Shown: positions 8,571 to 17,625 of the stretch, in pieces
Layout of the letters: the number at the start of each line of letters is the position of its first letter
Numbering within the stretch: position 1 is the first letter of the stretch
Assembly (NCBI GenBank): GCA_947570175.1
Contig: CANOTJ010000001.1
Location: 133,027-197,026, forward strand
DNA length: 64,000 nucleotides
Reading direction: 5' to 3'
Origin: an uncultured Mycoplasmatota bacterium
Lineage (GTDB): Bacteria; Bacillota_I; Bacilli_A; RF39; UBA660
The notes under the pieces: generated by a model
Told to the model about the DNA's origin: nothing
Database searches by the model: none
The model's input: only the letters and a program-made list of their open reading frames with translations
Position numbers and translations under genes: made by a program

Positions 8571-9147
8571 TTTTAACCTTCTTTTCTAGTTCTAATCTTA
8601 TTTTTTTCATTAATTTTTGATTTTCTTTTTCTAAATCTTTCGTTACTAAGTAAGGTTTATATACTTCGAGAACAACACCTTTTTTAAAAATTTTGTATTT
8701 TCCTTTAATAGAAAAGGGAATTAAATAGGAATTTGTTTCACTTGTCATTTTTACAGCTCCTATTTTAAATGGCATAATAGTATCTTTCGTTCGGTTGATA
8801 GTTCCCTCTGGAAATATACCGATTAATTTATTTTTTTGCAATTGTTGCTTTGCTATTGTTAAAGAAGATCCATCATGTTTTTTTCGATTAACAGGAATAA
8901 TTCCCATATTTTTAAAAATGATTTTCTTACTACCTTTTATTAAATCATCTTTCGCTAGGAAATGAATTGTTCTTTTTGTTGATGAAATTAATAATAAGCA
9001 ATCTAAGTAGTTAGTATGATTTCCTGCTAGTACACATGGTTTGTCCATAGGAATATTCTCTAATCCAATATATGTGGGGCGATATAAAATATGAAATAAA
9101 GTTTTGATAAGTGGACGAGTGATTCGATATAAAGTAGGTTCTTTCAT
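8557..9147 (-). CDS. PlsC-family acyltransferase (second copy)
   Basis: HX4D motif NHTNYLD and the FPEGTINR block, 196 aa, with SD AAGGAGGT upstream. Confidence 0.8.
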   Translation of the reverse strand: MKEPTLYRITRPLIKTLFHILYRPTYIGLENIPMDKPCVLAGNHTNYLDCLLLISSTKRTIHFLAKDDLIKGSKKIIFKNMGIIPVNRKKHDGSSLTIAKQQLQKNKLIGIFPEGTINRTKDTIMPFKIGAVKMTSETNSYLIPFSIKGKYKIFKKGVVLEVYKPYLVTKDLEKENQKLMKKIRLELEKKVKNEPI

Positions 9148-9172
9148 GGATACCTCCTTATTTTCTATTTAT

Positions 9173-9181
9173 ATTATAGCA
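9173..9181 (-). promoter_or_regulatory. extended -10 promoter element of the acyltransferase-ligase-acyltransferase operon
   Basis: The minus strand reads TGCTATAAT about 25 nt upstream of the SD of the 8557-9147 gene. Confidence 0.45.
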
Positions 9182-9225
9182 TGAATGATTTCAAATATAA
9201 AGTATTCATATGTTAAAAAAACATC

Positions 9226-11370
9226 CTAAGATGTTTTTCGTTTATAGATAGGAAGATCATTTATTTTTTCATAGTAATTATGGAAATATTCTTGTAATGG
9301 TATATTATAGTTTTTGGCTCCCCATACACCATTTTTAGCGTATTTTTCCTCATAAACAACAATTTTAGGTCGGTACTTAGTTAACTCTTCTATTTGATCT
9401 TGTTGGTATTTTTCCATATACCAGGGCAGTACAAATAATTCTTTATTTATAATATTTCGGTTTTTATAAGTAGGATATAGTGAAGGATTAGAATATAAAT
9501 CCATATATATATTTTCTCCTTCTTTTGTTTGTTCTATGATTTCTTTGTCTATTTCAGAGATTCTATCTTCTTTTTCAATATATACATATTTAAAGTGAAT
9601 CCCATATGGAAGAATTAGTAGAAGGATTGTAATGATCATTGCCATTATAGTAATCTGATTTTTTAAAAATAATTTTAAATCAAGATTATAAATTAAGATA
9701 GTAGTAATCAATGCATAACCAGGCGTCGCATGGAATTCATTATTTGTTCTTTGAAATAGAAAGCTGATAAAAAAGAAGAGAATAATTGTTTTTACTTTTT
9801 CATTCTTAAAATGCCTAATGGAAGTATAAATAAATGAGAATATCAATATCAACATGATTAGGTATTGACTTGTTAATTTCTCATAGCCAATCATTTCAAT
9901 TGCTTTAGGAATTAGTTTTAACATATTCCAGATACCTAAATAAAATGGAGCAAAGATATTTTGACCATAATTCTTCGTAGTCATATATACATTATAATAA
10001 GGATAGATTTTTCTATTGAATGTATAAGTTTGATCAATGAAAGGAAATAGAGATTCTGTCATTATTAAATAGATTAAAAAGAGGATAAAAGGAATAAAAA
10101 TCCAAAGTAATTTTATATATCGTCTTATTCTAATTTTTTTTCGCATTTGTATTTCTTTTATTAAAAAGCCAATGAATATTACGAGGATATTGAAAATACT
10201 GGCAAATATAGAAGTAAAACTAGTAAAAATACAAATACTAATTAAGATCATTCGTTGGTTGGTTATTTCCCCATCTTTCCAATAATTTAAAAATTCTAAA
10301 AGTAGAATGGTCATTCCTAGTAATTGAATGGTATCAGCTAAGAAAAATGAGGAATTAATATGAGATAGACTAAACGATATAAATATATGGACGAATGGGA
10401 TTAAGAATGTTTTTAATTTTCCAATAGTTCGATGATATCTAAAATATATAAATGTATAAGTACTAGATAACATAAGATACCAGCATAGTCTAAGTTGATT
10501 TATCGCAAATGCGTTAAATATTTTATTAAAAATAGCTATTAAAATAGAGGGGAAAGGCATGTGTTGTGTTATATAATCCATGTATAAAGTCTTTCCTTGT
10601 GCCATATATAGTCCACTTAACATATAATCTGTTTCATCCCAAAATACATAACCATATTGAAATATATATAGAAGAAGGAATATCAGAATTCCTAGTAAAA
10701 ATGCTTGAACTTTGGAATTTTGAAAAGGATTTTTTCCTTTTAAAAGTAGAATATATATATAAGTTAAAATGAAAATTATTATAAATGATATAGTAATTGG
10801 AAATATGGTCCAGAATCCCTTTGAACTACCTCCATATATATCTATGTTGAGTGTTTGAGAAATTTTAACATTATTGATTGTTAAAGGTATTTTTCCATGT
10901 TGATTGGAGGAGATATTTAATATGTTATTGGATGAATCATCTTTTATAATTTGAATCAATAAGGTATTATTTTTCGGAACCTTTATAGCTTTGTGAAAGT
11001 GGATATAGACGGTATTATTGATCTTATTATTTTTATCAAATGTTTGTTTTATTAATGTTTTCTTTGTTGATTGGTTTATTATCTCTATTTTATATTCACT
11101 AGCTATTTTGCTATCTGTAAAGAAATTTATACCAGTTAAAATGGAATAAGGAGTATTAAATTTTTGAGAAATTATATTTTGATTATTTGATAAAGTTATG
11201 GATGAGTTGTATTCTTTTGAAAGTGATGCGTATTCTATGTAGTCTGGCTTATAACTAGATTGATATATCCAAACTCCTAATAAAGTTATTATCATTATTA
11301 GTAAGAAAGTGAAAATTGGGATTTTGAACTTTTTCATAAATTTTTGAATTTGATTACTTACTTTTTTCAT
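9226..11370 (-). CDS. large polytopic membrane protein, possibly a GT-C fold (ArnT/PMT-like) glycosyltransferase
   Basis: 714 aa: an N-terminal TM, a ~170-aa extracytoplasmic domain, then more than 10 TM segments. The first loop after the TM bundle starts carries WDETDY, which resembles the DE motif of GT39/GT83 enzymes. The stop codon lies inside a terminator hairpin, AAACATC/GATGTTT. The functional call is weak. Confidence 0.5.
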   Translation of the reverse strand: MKKVSNQIQKFMKKFKIPIFTFLLIMIITLLGVWIYQSSYKPDYIEYASLSKEYNSSITLSNNQNIISQKFNTPYSILTGINFFTDSKIASEYKIEIINQSTKKTLIKQTFDKNNKINNTVYIHFHKAIKVPKNNTLLIQIIKDDSSNNILNISSNQHGKIPLTINNVKISQTLNIDIYGGSSKGFWTIFPITISFIIIFILTYIYILLLKGKNPFQNSKVQAFLLGILIFLLLYIFQYGYVFWDETDYMLSGLYMAQGKTLYMDYITQHMPFPSILIAIFNKIFNAFAINQLRLCWYLMLSSTYTFIYFRYHRTIGKLKTFLIPFVHIFISFSLSHINSSFFLADTIQLLGMTILLLEFLNYWKDGEITNQRMILISICIFTSFTSIFASIFNILVIFIGFLIKEIQMRKKIRIRRYIKLLWIFIPFILFLIYLIMTESLFPFIDQTYTFNRKIYPYYNVYMTTKNYGQNIFAPFYLGIWNMLKLIPKAIEMIGYEKLTSQYLIMLILIFSFIYTSIRHFKNEKVKTIILFFFISFLFQRTNNEFHATPGYALITTILIYNLDLKLFLKNQITIMAMIITILLLILPYGIHFKYVYIEKEDRISEIDKEIIEQTKEGENIYMDLYSNPSLYPTYKNRNIINKELFVLPWYMEKYQQDQIEELTKYRPKIVVYEEKYAKNGVWGAKNYNIPLQEYFHNYYEKINDLPIYKRKTS

Positions 11371-11605
11371 AGATTTTTCCTTTTCTATTTATAAGATATC
11401 ATAAATGATAAGAAAATTTCAAGATTACTTTTAATAACAGATTGACACATTTCAAAAAATGGTATTCTAAATGGATTCAAAAAGAAGAGAAAATATTAGA
11501 CTGTGAGAGAATTGGTAGAATAAATTAGTAATTTTGATATTTATAGGGGGACTATGTATCTAGAAAACTAACCAAAACTTCTTTCAAAAAGAGAATCTTT
11601 ATAAA

Positions 11606-12862
11606 TTAACACTGTTTTTTAAAAATGTATCCAAAGATAAGACAAATAATAGTCCATAAAATTCCAATGATAATAATGGAATAATCGTTTTTGTCTATTG
11701 GTAGCTTGATGTCTAGATAATTGTTTAAATTATAGTATATTTTAATTATGAACTTTTTTCCTTTTTGGAATTGTTCATATTGTTCATAATCCATAAGTGG
11801 TGTGATATCTATATTGGATTTATATATTTTTTCATCTATGGTATATTCTACATCACAAAAATAAGATATTGTATCGTTTTCTCCGCTAGTATTATCAATT
11901 CTTTCAATATCTATAACATTAGCAGTAGTTATTTTTGCATTTTTAAAAAATTGAGTATTTTTGTATTGTTTATAAAATCCTAATCCGATGATAAATATAC
12001 CCAATAGAATAAAAATAACCATTATAATAGGAAATCTGTGGTTCCTGATTGGAGTAGAAAAATGATTTGTTATATTATGGTTATCTGTTGTAGTAGATGT
12101 ATTTGTACTTTGTATTTTTTCTATTATGACAATATCATCAGGTTTTATAACTCCCTTTTTTAAATTTTCTTTTGATATTTTTACGGTATCTCCCTCTTGA
12201 ATTTCTTGGTTATTCAATTCTTTTATTAGATATTCTTTATTACCAATATGAATGTATAGTAAGGATTTGTTTTGATAAACTATACATTTTTTATTAATGA
12301 TTTGCTTTAAATTTACTATATTTATTTTTTTGTTGTTATAATATTGATAATCATAATTATGAAAGTGCCAAAAAGATTTATAAATATAGACAGTATCTTC
12401 GTCAGAAAATTCATCAGGATTATAGGTTTTTGTTACATTTATGAATAAAGGAATAGAACGAATATCTGAAAAAAGTATCCATAGTACAGAAACAATCAAT
12501 ATATGTAGCCCAATATTCTTATTGAATATCGGAATATTAAATTGTGAGAATATTAATAGATAAGATCCAAGTAATATAATAATTATGCCCACTAGATTTG
12601 CTATTTTAATTAATACATTAGACTTGGTATCAAAAATATCTGTTTTTATATGTTGGAATACAATGTAAGAGATAATCATACATAATATCCATAGGATGAT
12701 AATCCATATGATTGATAATTGAAAAGCATAGGCAATCAATGCGCCTATACAACCAAAAAACATATTTTGGGAGTTTTCCCATACTCTTATTTTATTTTGT
12801 AAGACTGTTCCTATTAAACTAATTCCGAGGAAAACAAGAATAATAGATCGTAATGAACTCAT
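11606..12862 (-). CDS. membrane protein with a C-terminal DUF3592-like module
   Basis: 418 aa: four N-terminal TM helices and a soluble middle, followed by a TM, a beta-rich segment (TTANVIDIERID...YFCDVEYTIDEKIYKS) and a second TM, as in DUF3592 proteins. The family was recalled from memory. Confidence 0.5.
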   Translation of the reverse strand: MSSLRSIILVFLGISLIGTVLQNKIRVWENSQNMFFGCIGALIAYAFQLSIIWIIILWILCMIISYIVFQHIKTDIFDTKSNVLIKIANLVGIIIILLGSYLLIFSQFNIPIFNKNIGLHILIVSVLWILFSDIRSIPLFINVTKTYNPDEFSDEDTVYIYKSFWHFHNYDYQYYNNKKINIVNLKQIINKKCIVYQNKSLLYIHIGNKEYLIKELNNQEIQEGDTVKISKENLKKGVIKPDDIVIIEKIQSTNTSTTTDNHNITNHFSTPIRNHRFPIIMVIFILLGIFIIGLGFYKQYKNTQFFKNAKITTANVIDIERIDNTSGENDTISYFCDVEYTIDEKIYKSNIDITPLMDYEQYEQFQKGKKFIIKIYYNLNNYLDIKLPIDKNDYSIIIIGILWTIICLIFGYIFKKQC

Positions 12863-12951
12863 GATATTCCTTCTTTCTATTTTTATCTTATCATGTCCTT
12901 ATTTTTTGTCTAATTTATTATAACTTATTCACCTTGACATATTCACTACAA

Positions 12952-13076
12952 TATAAAAAAGGACTTTTGGCAAGTCCTCTATATTCTACTCGAAAAGTTC
13001 TAGTTTCCTATCAATCTGGTACTATTATGAATAGGGTTATACATACCGAGTATTAAACCGCTCATTTGCATTTGAT
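12952..13076 (-). ncRNA. promoter-to-terminator unit: cis-regulatory leader of the 11606-12862 gene or an independent sRNA
   Basis: Minus-strand TTGTAA (complement of 13106-13111), 17-nt spacer, TATGAT (complement of 13083-13088). The terminator is AGGACTT/AAGTCCT (12960-12978) followed by a U6 run. It lies about 90 nt upstream of the ATG at 12862. Confidence 0.3.
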
Positions 13077-13161
13077 GTATAAATCATACCGTAAAAGTTA
13101 GTTATTTACAATACATATTTTAAATTTTCATTTTAATTTTTTGTATATTTTTACAAATACA

Positions 13162-14376
13162 TTAGATATTATAGTTTCCTTTTTTAAATATCAATTTTTT
13201 TCCTTTACATGTTTCTGCTTCTATTTGTAAATCGTTAGTGCCTATCATAAAATCAACATGGTTTTTTGAGGGATTCACACCAATATTCAATAATTCTTCT
13301 TCACTTAATTGTTTATTATTTACAATACATTCTGGAAAACCATTTCCTAAAGCAAGATGGCATGATGCATTTTCATCAAAAGTTGTATTTCCATAAACTA
13401 TATTAGTATTGGATATAGGAGAATCATCTGGAATTAAAGCAATTTCCCCTAAGTATGATGAATAATAGTCACTTTCAATGATACCTTTTAGTAATTCTTT
13501 TCCTTCCTTTGCCCCGTAATTAATTACTTTTCCATCTTTAAATTCTAAATAGAAATCTCTTATAAACATTCCATTATAACATAGTGGTTTTGAACTATAT
13601 ACAATACCATTTGTTTTACGAAAATCAGGATTAGTAAAAATCTCATATGTTGGTAAATTTACTAACATATCTTCTCCTAAGCTTCCAGCACTATGCCATA
13701 TAGTATTAGGTGTAATCTCCAATCTAAGATCTGTGCCAAGATTGTTTTTATAATGCAATTTCGAAATTTTTAAAGAATTAAGTTTTTCTTTAACAACTTC
13801 TTGTTCTTTTAAGAAGTTGTTCCAACTTTCAATTGGATTGACTGTTTTTACCATGCACATTTCACAAATTAAATCAAATAATTTATTGTATGCATCATTT
13901 TCTTCTAAATTTGGGAAAAGTTTTATTGCCCAAGTTTTGGATGGCAATACAGCTATGCACCATGGAATTTTAAATTCTAATTGAAGTTTTTTATAAATAG
14001 GTCTTGTTATTCTATCAATATATCGAGCTTTAGCTAATTTTTCTGGACTAATATCATCCATTAAGCCAGGATACTCTGATTCTAAAATTAAGAATGATGC
14101 TCCTTTTAGAGCGTATTCATCCCATATCTTTTTGTTAAAAAATGAGTGCTTTTCAATTTCGTTAACTGAAATTTTTTTTAATATTTCGTGCTTTTCATAA
14201 ATACTTTCATCATAAAGATAGATATCGCTGATACCATATTCTTTTGCTCTATTTACAAGTTTATTAATAAAAGCAATATTTTCAGGTTGATAACTAATCA
14301 ACAAAGATTTGGAATGATTAAAATTAACACATCTTTTTAATAATAAATCAATATACTTATTTTCTAATTCCGTCAT
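13162..14376 (-). CDS. M29-family aminopeptidase (AmpS/PepS type)
   Basis: 404 aa. The N-terminus (LLKRCVNF...LLISYQPENIAF) and the C-terminal NHVDFMIGT block are typical of thermophilic-metalloprotease (M29) aminopeptidases. Confidence 0.8.
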   Translation of the reverse strand: MTELENKYIDLLLKRCVNFNHSKSLLISYQPENIAFINKLVNRAKEYGISDIYLYDESIYEKHEILKKISVNEIEKHSFFNKKIWDEYALKGASFLILESEYPGLMDDISPEKLAKARYIDRITRPIYKKLQLEFKIPWCIAVLPSKTWAIKLFPNLEENDAYNKLFDLICEMCMVKTVNPIESWNNFLKEQEVVKEKLNSLKISKLHYKNNLGTDLRLEITPNTIWHSAGSLGEDMLVNLPTYEIFTNPDFRKTNGIVYSSKPLCYNGMFIRDFYLEFKDGKVINYGAKEGKELLKGIIESDYYSSYLGEIALIPDDSPISNTNIVYGNTTFDENASCHLALGNGFPECIVNNKQLSEEELLNIGVNPSKNHVDFMIGTNDLQIEAETCKGKKLIFKKGNYNI

Positions 14377-14436
14377 AGAAATCTTTCCTCCTTATTTTCT
14401 ATATCGTGATTAATTGAATTTTTAGACGCTGAGGGT

Positions 14437-14796
14437 TTATAAGTAAGTCCTAAGCTTTTTATCTTTTCTAAGTACTTTCATTGCTCTTCTTCTAATAGTA
14501 GAAATTTTTTTGACATCAATTCCCAAATAATCTGCAATTTCTCTGTTTGAAAGACCACGATATCCATTCGCATCAAATGATAATTGCATCACCATTTTAG
14601 CAATATCATCGAGTTTTTCTAAAGCCATATTATAGTCAATCATAAATTCATTAGATGATATGTTTTTTATATAATTTGTATTATAATAGTCATTTTTTAA
14701 TCGATAATATATTTTTGATGGTTTTTCTGGTTCTTCTTTTTCTACACGATCAAAAAGGGATTTTAAATTTTTATCTAGTTTTTTTAACATAGTCAA
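14437..14796 (-). CDS. small protein consisting essentially of a sigma-70 region-4-like HTH
   Basis: The C-terminus LSNREIADYLGIDVKKISTIRRRAMKVLRK resembles sigma region 4.2. No region 2 is present. There is no clear SD, and the start is either TTG 14796 or ATG 14790. Confidence 0.45.
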   Translation of the reverse strand: MTMLKKLDKNLKSLFDRVEKEEPEKPSKIYYRLKNDYYNTNYIKNISSNEFMIDYNMALEKLDDIAKMVMQLSFDANGYRGLSNREIADYLGIDVKKISTIRRRAMKVLRKDKKLRTYL

Positions 14797-14992
14797 CTAT
14801 TGATATATAATCACTAATTTCCATTTTATATATATTATTTTCTTTAGCGATTGTAATATCAAAATTAGTTTTTTCTTCAATGGATATATTATTTAAATTT
14901 TGTAATTTTTGTTTTTTCTTTTTTAATTTATTGATAATTTGAATAAACATGATATAGTCCTCTTTTCATAATATTCAGATAATTAAAATTTT

Positions 14993-15829
14993 TCAAAATA
15001 TTTCTTTAGTTTTTTTCACACTTGCTGATTTAACTAAGGTATTTTGATTACATTTGTTTATAATGTTTGTTAACACATTAACAAGTGCTAGTCTTTTTTC
15101 TTTTATTTCCTCTTCTTTAAAAGCTTCATAATTGGTTATTATTTCAGTGCCATTATAAATTGTATAAGGAGAATCTACATTATAGAATCCAACTTCTGTG
15201 TCACATTCACAATTTTCATTTTCTATTATAATACCATTTTCAGCTTTTAATAGACTATTACCAAAAAATATACTATCTGAATCTAAATAAATTTCAGGAG
15301 CAATTATATTAGAATACTGGGAAACTGTTTCATTTGCTCTGATATTAATTTGACCATTATTTCCAGCTTGAATATTAGAACATATTATAGCTATTTTATT
15401 AGTTTCTACATTAATACCAAAATTATTATCAAAACTATGAAAATTAGAATTATTGACAAATTGATCATGTTCAATTCTTAAATTATTTATTTTTCCATAT
15501 AAAAATGCATTTCCATAATCTTTAGATTCAGTCCAACAATTATACTTATTATTTTCAAAAGTAATATTATCTGCAATGAAACATCTAATACCTATAGTAA
15601 ATGTACAATTTTTAAATATAATATTAGCAAATAATGATGAAATATTTACAACAGTATCAAAAATTATTCCGTCAAAAACATAATATACGGGTTTATTAAG
15701 ATTAAAATATTCAACTAATTTTTTTGATTTGTCATATGCAGTATTCATGCCATTACATTGTAATTCATAAAATACTCTTTTTCCATTTTTTTTGAAATAT
15801 TCATAATATACCCCCAAACAATCACTCAA
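14993..15829 (-). CDS. hypothetical Asn-rich protein with a beta-helix-like repeat character
   Basis: 278-aa ORF with repeated short hydrophobic/Asn ladders (NIIFKNCTFTI, NITFENN, INNLRIEHD, INIRANE, IIIENEN). It has no signal peptide. Only a TTG start is available and no SD precedes it. Confidence 0.35.
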   Translation of the reverse strand: MSDCLGVYYEYFKKNGKRVFYELQCNGMNTAYDKSKKLVEYFNLNKPVYYVFDGIIFDTVVNISSLFANIIFKNCTFTIGIRCFIADNITFENNKYNCWTESKDYGNAFLYGKINNLRIEHDQFVNNSNFHSFDNNFGINVETNKIAIICSNIQAGNNGQINIRANETVSQYSNIIAPEIYLDSDSIFFGNSLLKAENGIIIENENCECDTEVGFYNVDSPYTIYNGTEIITNYEAFKEEEIKEKRLALVNVLTNIINKCNQNTLVKSASVKKTKEIF

Positions 15830-15836
15830 GTGAGTA

Positions 15837-15918
15837 TTATTATAACATATATAATCTTAAACATAAAGATTTCAAGATTAAGAATTTGATTTCTTTATGT
15901 TTTTTGTTATTATAACAT
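15837..15918. repeat. 12-bp perfect direct repeat flanking a long AT-rich hairpin
   Basis: TTATTATAACAT occurs at 15837-15848 and 15907-15918. Between the copies, AACATAAAGA...TCTTTATGTT forms a hairpin followed by TTTTTTG on the plus strand. Confidence 0.5.
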
Positions 15919-16185
15919 TTTTAATTAAATTATGTTTAATTTGTAAAAATATCTCTATATTCATTGTTTCTAATTAAAAATTCTTGATAACATCTATCAT
16001 TTTTAATGAAATATTTTTGGCAAAGCCCATATTAACAAGGAATTGTGCAAGTAACTTTTATGTTCCTGTTTTATAGATACTTTCTTCTTCTTGGCATCTC
16101 TAGAATACTATTACTAAAGTTTTTTGTGTCTATATATCTATACTAGCACCACTATGATATAATGAAACACAGGAGGAATAAATAT

Positions 16186-17100
16186 ATGTTAGCAAATAGA
16201 TTAAGAATTGGCGATACAATAGGTGTAATAGCTCCTGATAAAGCATTAAAAAGTTATGATAGAATAAATTTAGAAAAATCAACTAAATACTTTGAAAGCA
16301 TAGGATTAAATATTAAATATGGAAGATATTTATTTTCAGATGATAATTACTGTGCAGGTACTCCAAAGGAAAGAGCAGAAGACTTAAATAATATGTTTAA
16401 AGATAAAGATGTAAAAGCAATTTTTACTGTAAAAGGTGGAGAGATGGCAAATGGAATTTTACCATTTATTGATTTCGATATCATTCAAAACAATCCTAAA
16501 ATTTTTCTGGGAATGAGTGATAATACTCTATTACTTTGTGCAATCAATAAAATGACAGGATTAGTAACTTTTCATTGTCAAGATTATATCTGGTTTGGGA
16601 AAGAAGAAGTGACTAAGTACGATAAAGACGAGATAATAGATAGATTATTCCAGTGTAATAAAATTATAAAACCCTATAAAAAAAGGAAATTTATAAACTT
16701 TAAAAACCAAGTAATTAAGGGTAAAATATATGGAACTAATATAGAAGGTTTATTAAAACTAGCTGGAACACCATATATGCCAGAATTAAAGGATGCAATA
16801 CTATTTCTTGAAAATTATAGATCTAATATTGTAAGGTGGAATACAATGCTAGAACAATGTAATCAAATGGGAATACTAAATAAAGCGGTTGTATTTGGTT
16901 ATATATATCAGTTACAATATGTTGAAAAAAATAGGTACAGTATTTTAGATGAATTAAAAACTCTAAATCCAGATATTCCTATAGTTAAAACTAATGATTT
17001 TGGTCATGAACATGGAAATTCTATTATTCCTATTGGAGTGAATGTAGAAATTAATCCTATAGATGGGAGTATGTACCTAATAGAAGACTATTTAATGTAG
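16186..17100 (+). CDS. S66-family LD-carboxypeptidase (LdcA/MccF-like)
   Basis: IGVIAPD N-terminus, nucleophile block GMSDNT and a C-terminal FGHEHGN. The start was moved to ATG 16186 because AGGAGG (16171-16176) lies inside the longer listed ORF. Confidence 0.8.
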   Translation: MLANRLRIGDTIGVIAPDKALKSYDRINLEKSTKYFESIGLNIKYGRYLFSDDNYCAGTPKERAEDLNNMFKDKDVKAIFTVKGGEMANGILPFIDFDIIQNNPKIFLGMSDNTLLLCAINKMTGLVTFHCQDYIWFGKEEVTKYDKDEIIDRLFQCNKIIKPYKKRKFINFKNQVIKGKIYGTNIEGLLKLAGTPYMPELKDAILFLENYRSNIVRWNTMLEQCNQMGILNKAVVFGYIYQLQYVEKNRYSILDELKTLNPDIPIVKTNDFGHEHGNSIIPIGVNVEINPIDGSMYLIEDYLM

Positions 17101-17346
17101 ACAATAGAGTAACCCACTACGATATTGGAAGAGCTAATATGCTTCCACAATACTTAAATTTGTTTTATTAAATTTAATAATATATCCATTTATAAATTGA
17201 ATATTCAAATTACCAAAACTGACTTTCATTTTAAGTTTTTCTTAAATTCACAAGGGAATTTTAAATTTTCTATGGTTGTTTTCATATAATTTAATCTCTC
17301 CTTTAAGTAATGAAAAAATCCCATAATATCAAATACAATGAGCTAT

Positions 17347-17389
17347 AAAAAATAAAAAACTCGCAAACCATATTTCAGGTGTGCGAGAA
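17347..17389 (-). terminator. rho-independent terminator downstream of tRNA-Met
   Basis: On the minus strand, CTCGCA...TGCGAG forms a hairpin followed by TTTTTTATTTTTT. Confidence 0.7.
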
Positions 17390-17399
17390 TTAATCTTAA

Positions 17400-17476
17400 T
17401 GGTAGCGAGAGGGGGATTTGAACCCTCGACCTATCGGGTATGAACCGATTGCTCTAGCCAACTGAGCTATCTCGCC
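17400..17476 (-). tRNA. tRNA with CAU anticodon, most likely elongator tRNA-Met; CCA is encoded
   Basis: The reverse complement is GGCGAGATAGCTCAGTTGGCTAGAGCAATCGGTTCATACCCGATAGGTCGAGGGTTCAAATCCCCCTCTCGCTACCA. It folds as a cloverleaf with a 7-bp acceptor stem (G1-U72 wobble), GCTC/GAGC D stem, ATCGG/CCGAT anticodon stem, loop TTCATAC and T loop TTCAAAT. An Ile2 (lysidine) identity cannot be excluded by eye. Confidence 0.85.
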
Positions 17477-17489
17477 ATAAAGCAATATA

Positions 17490-17518
17490 ATGATATCAAA
17501 AATACTTTTTAAAATCAA
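17490..17518 (-). promoter_or_regulatory. candidate promoter of tRNA-Met
   Basis: Minus strand TTGATT, 17-nt spacer, TATCAT, ending 13 nt before the tRNA 5' end. Confidence 0.45.
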
Positions 17519-17625
17519 GTGTTTTTAATTATTTTGGTAAAAAATGTGAATTTTATACTAAATACTTTATAAAACAAAAAAAATCCTATATACTAGTAAT
17601 AGCTTATAAGGAAAAGGATGATTCT

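Noticed and set aside
12990-13045. preQ1-I-like H-type pseudoknot in the leader: CCTAT...ATAGG stem, with loop UAGU pairing to downstream ACUA
   Set aside because: The loop is 19 nt and the A-rich linker only 2-3 nt, which is incompatible with preQ1-I geometry. The downstream gene is also not a queuosine or preQ1 transporter type.
16162-16185. Longer N-terminus (MKHRRNKY) of the LD-carboxypeptidase ORF
   Set aside because: These codons contain the AGGAGG Shine-Dalgarno sequence for the ATG at 16186, so the shorter start is preferred.
17101-17300. Two overlapping mini-ORFs on the minus strand, MKTTIENLKFPCEFKKNLK and MKVSFGNLNIQFINGYIIKFNKTNLSIVEAY, joined by ATGA. The first is preceded by AAAGGAGAG.
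   Set aside because: No promoter and no family were recognised. They may be fragments of a decayed gene next to the tRNA, and the evidence is too thin to call them genes.
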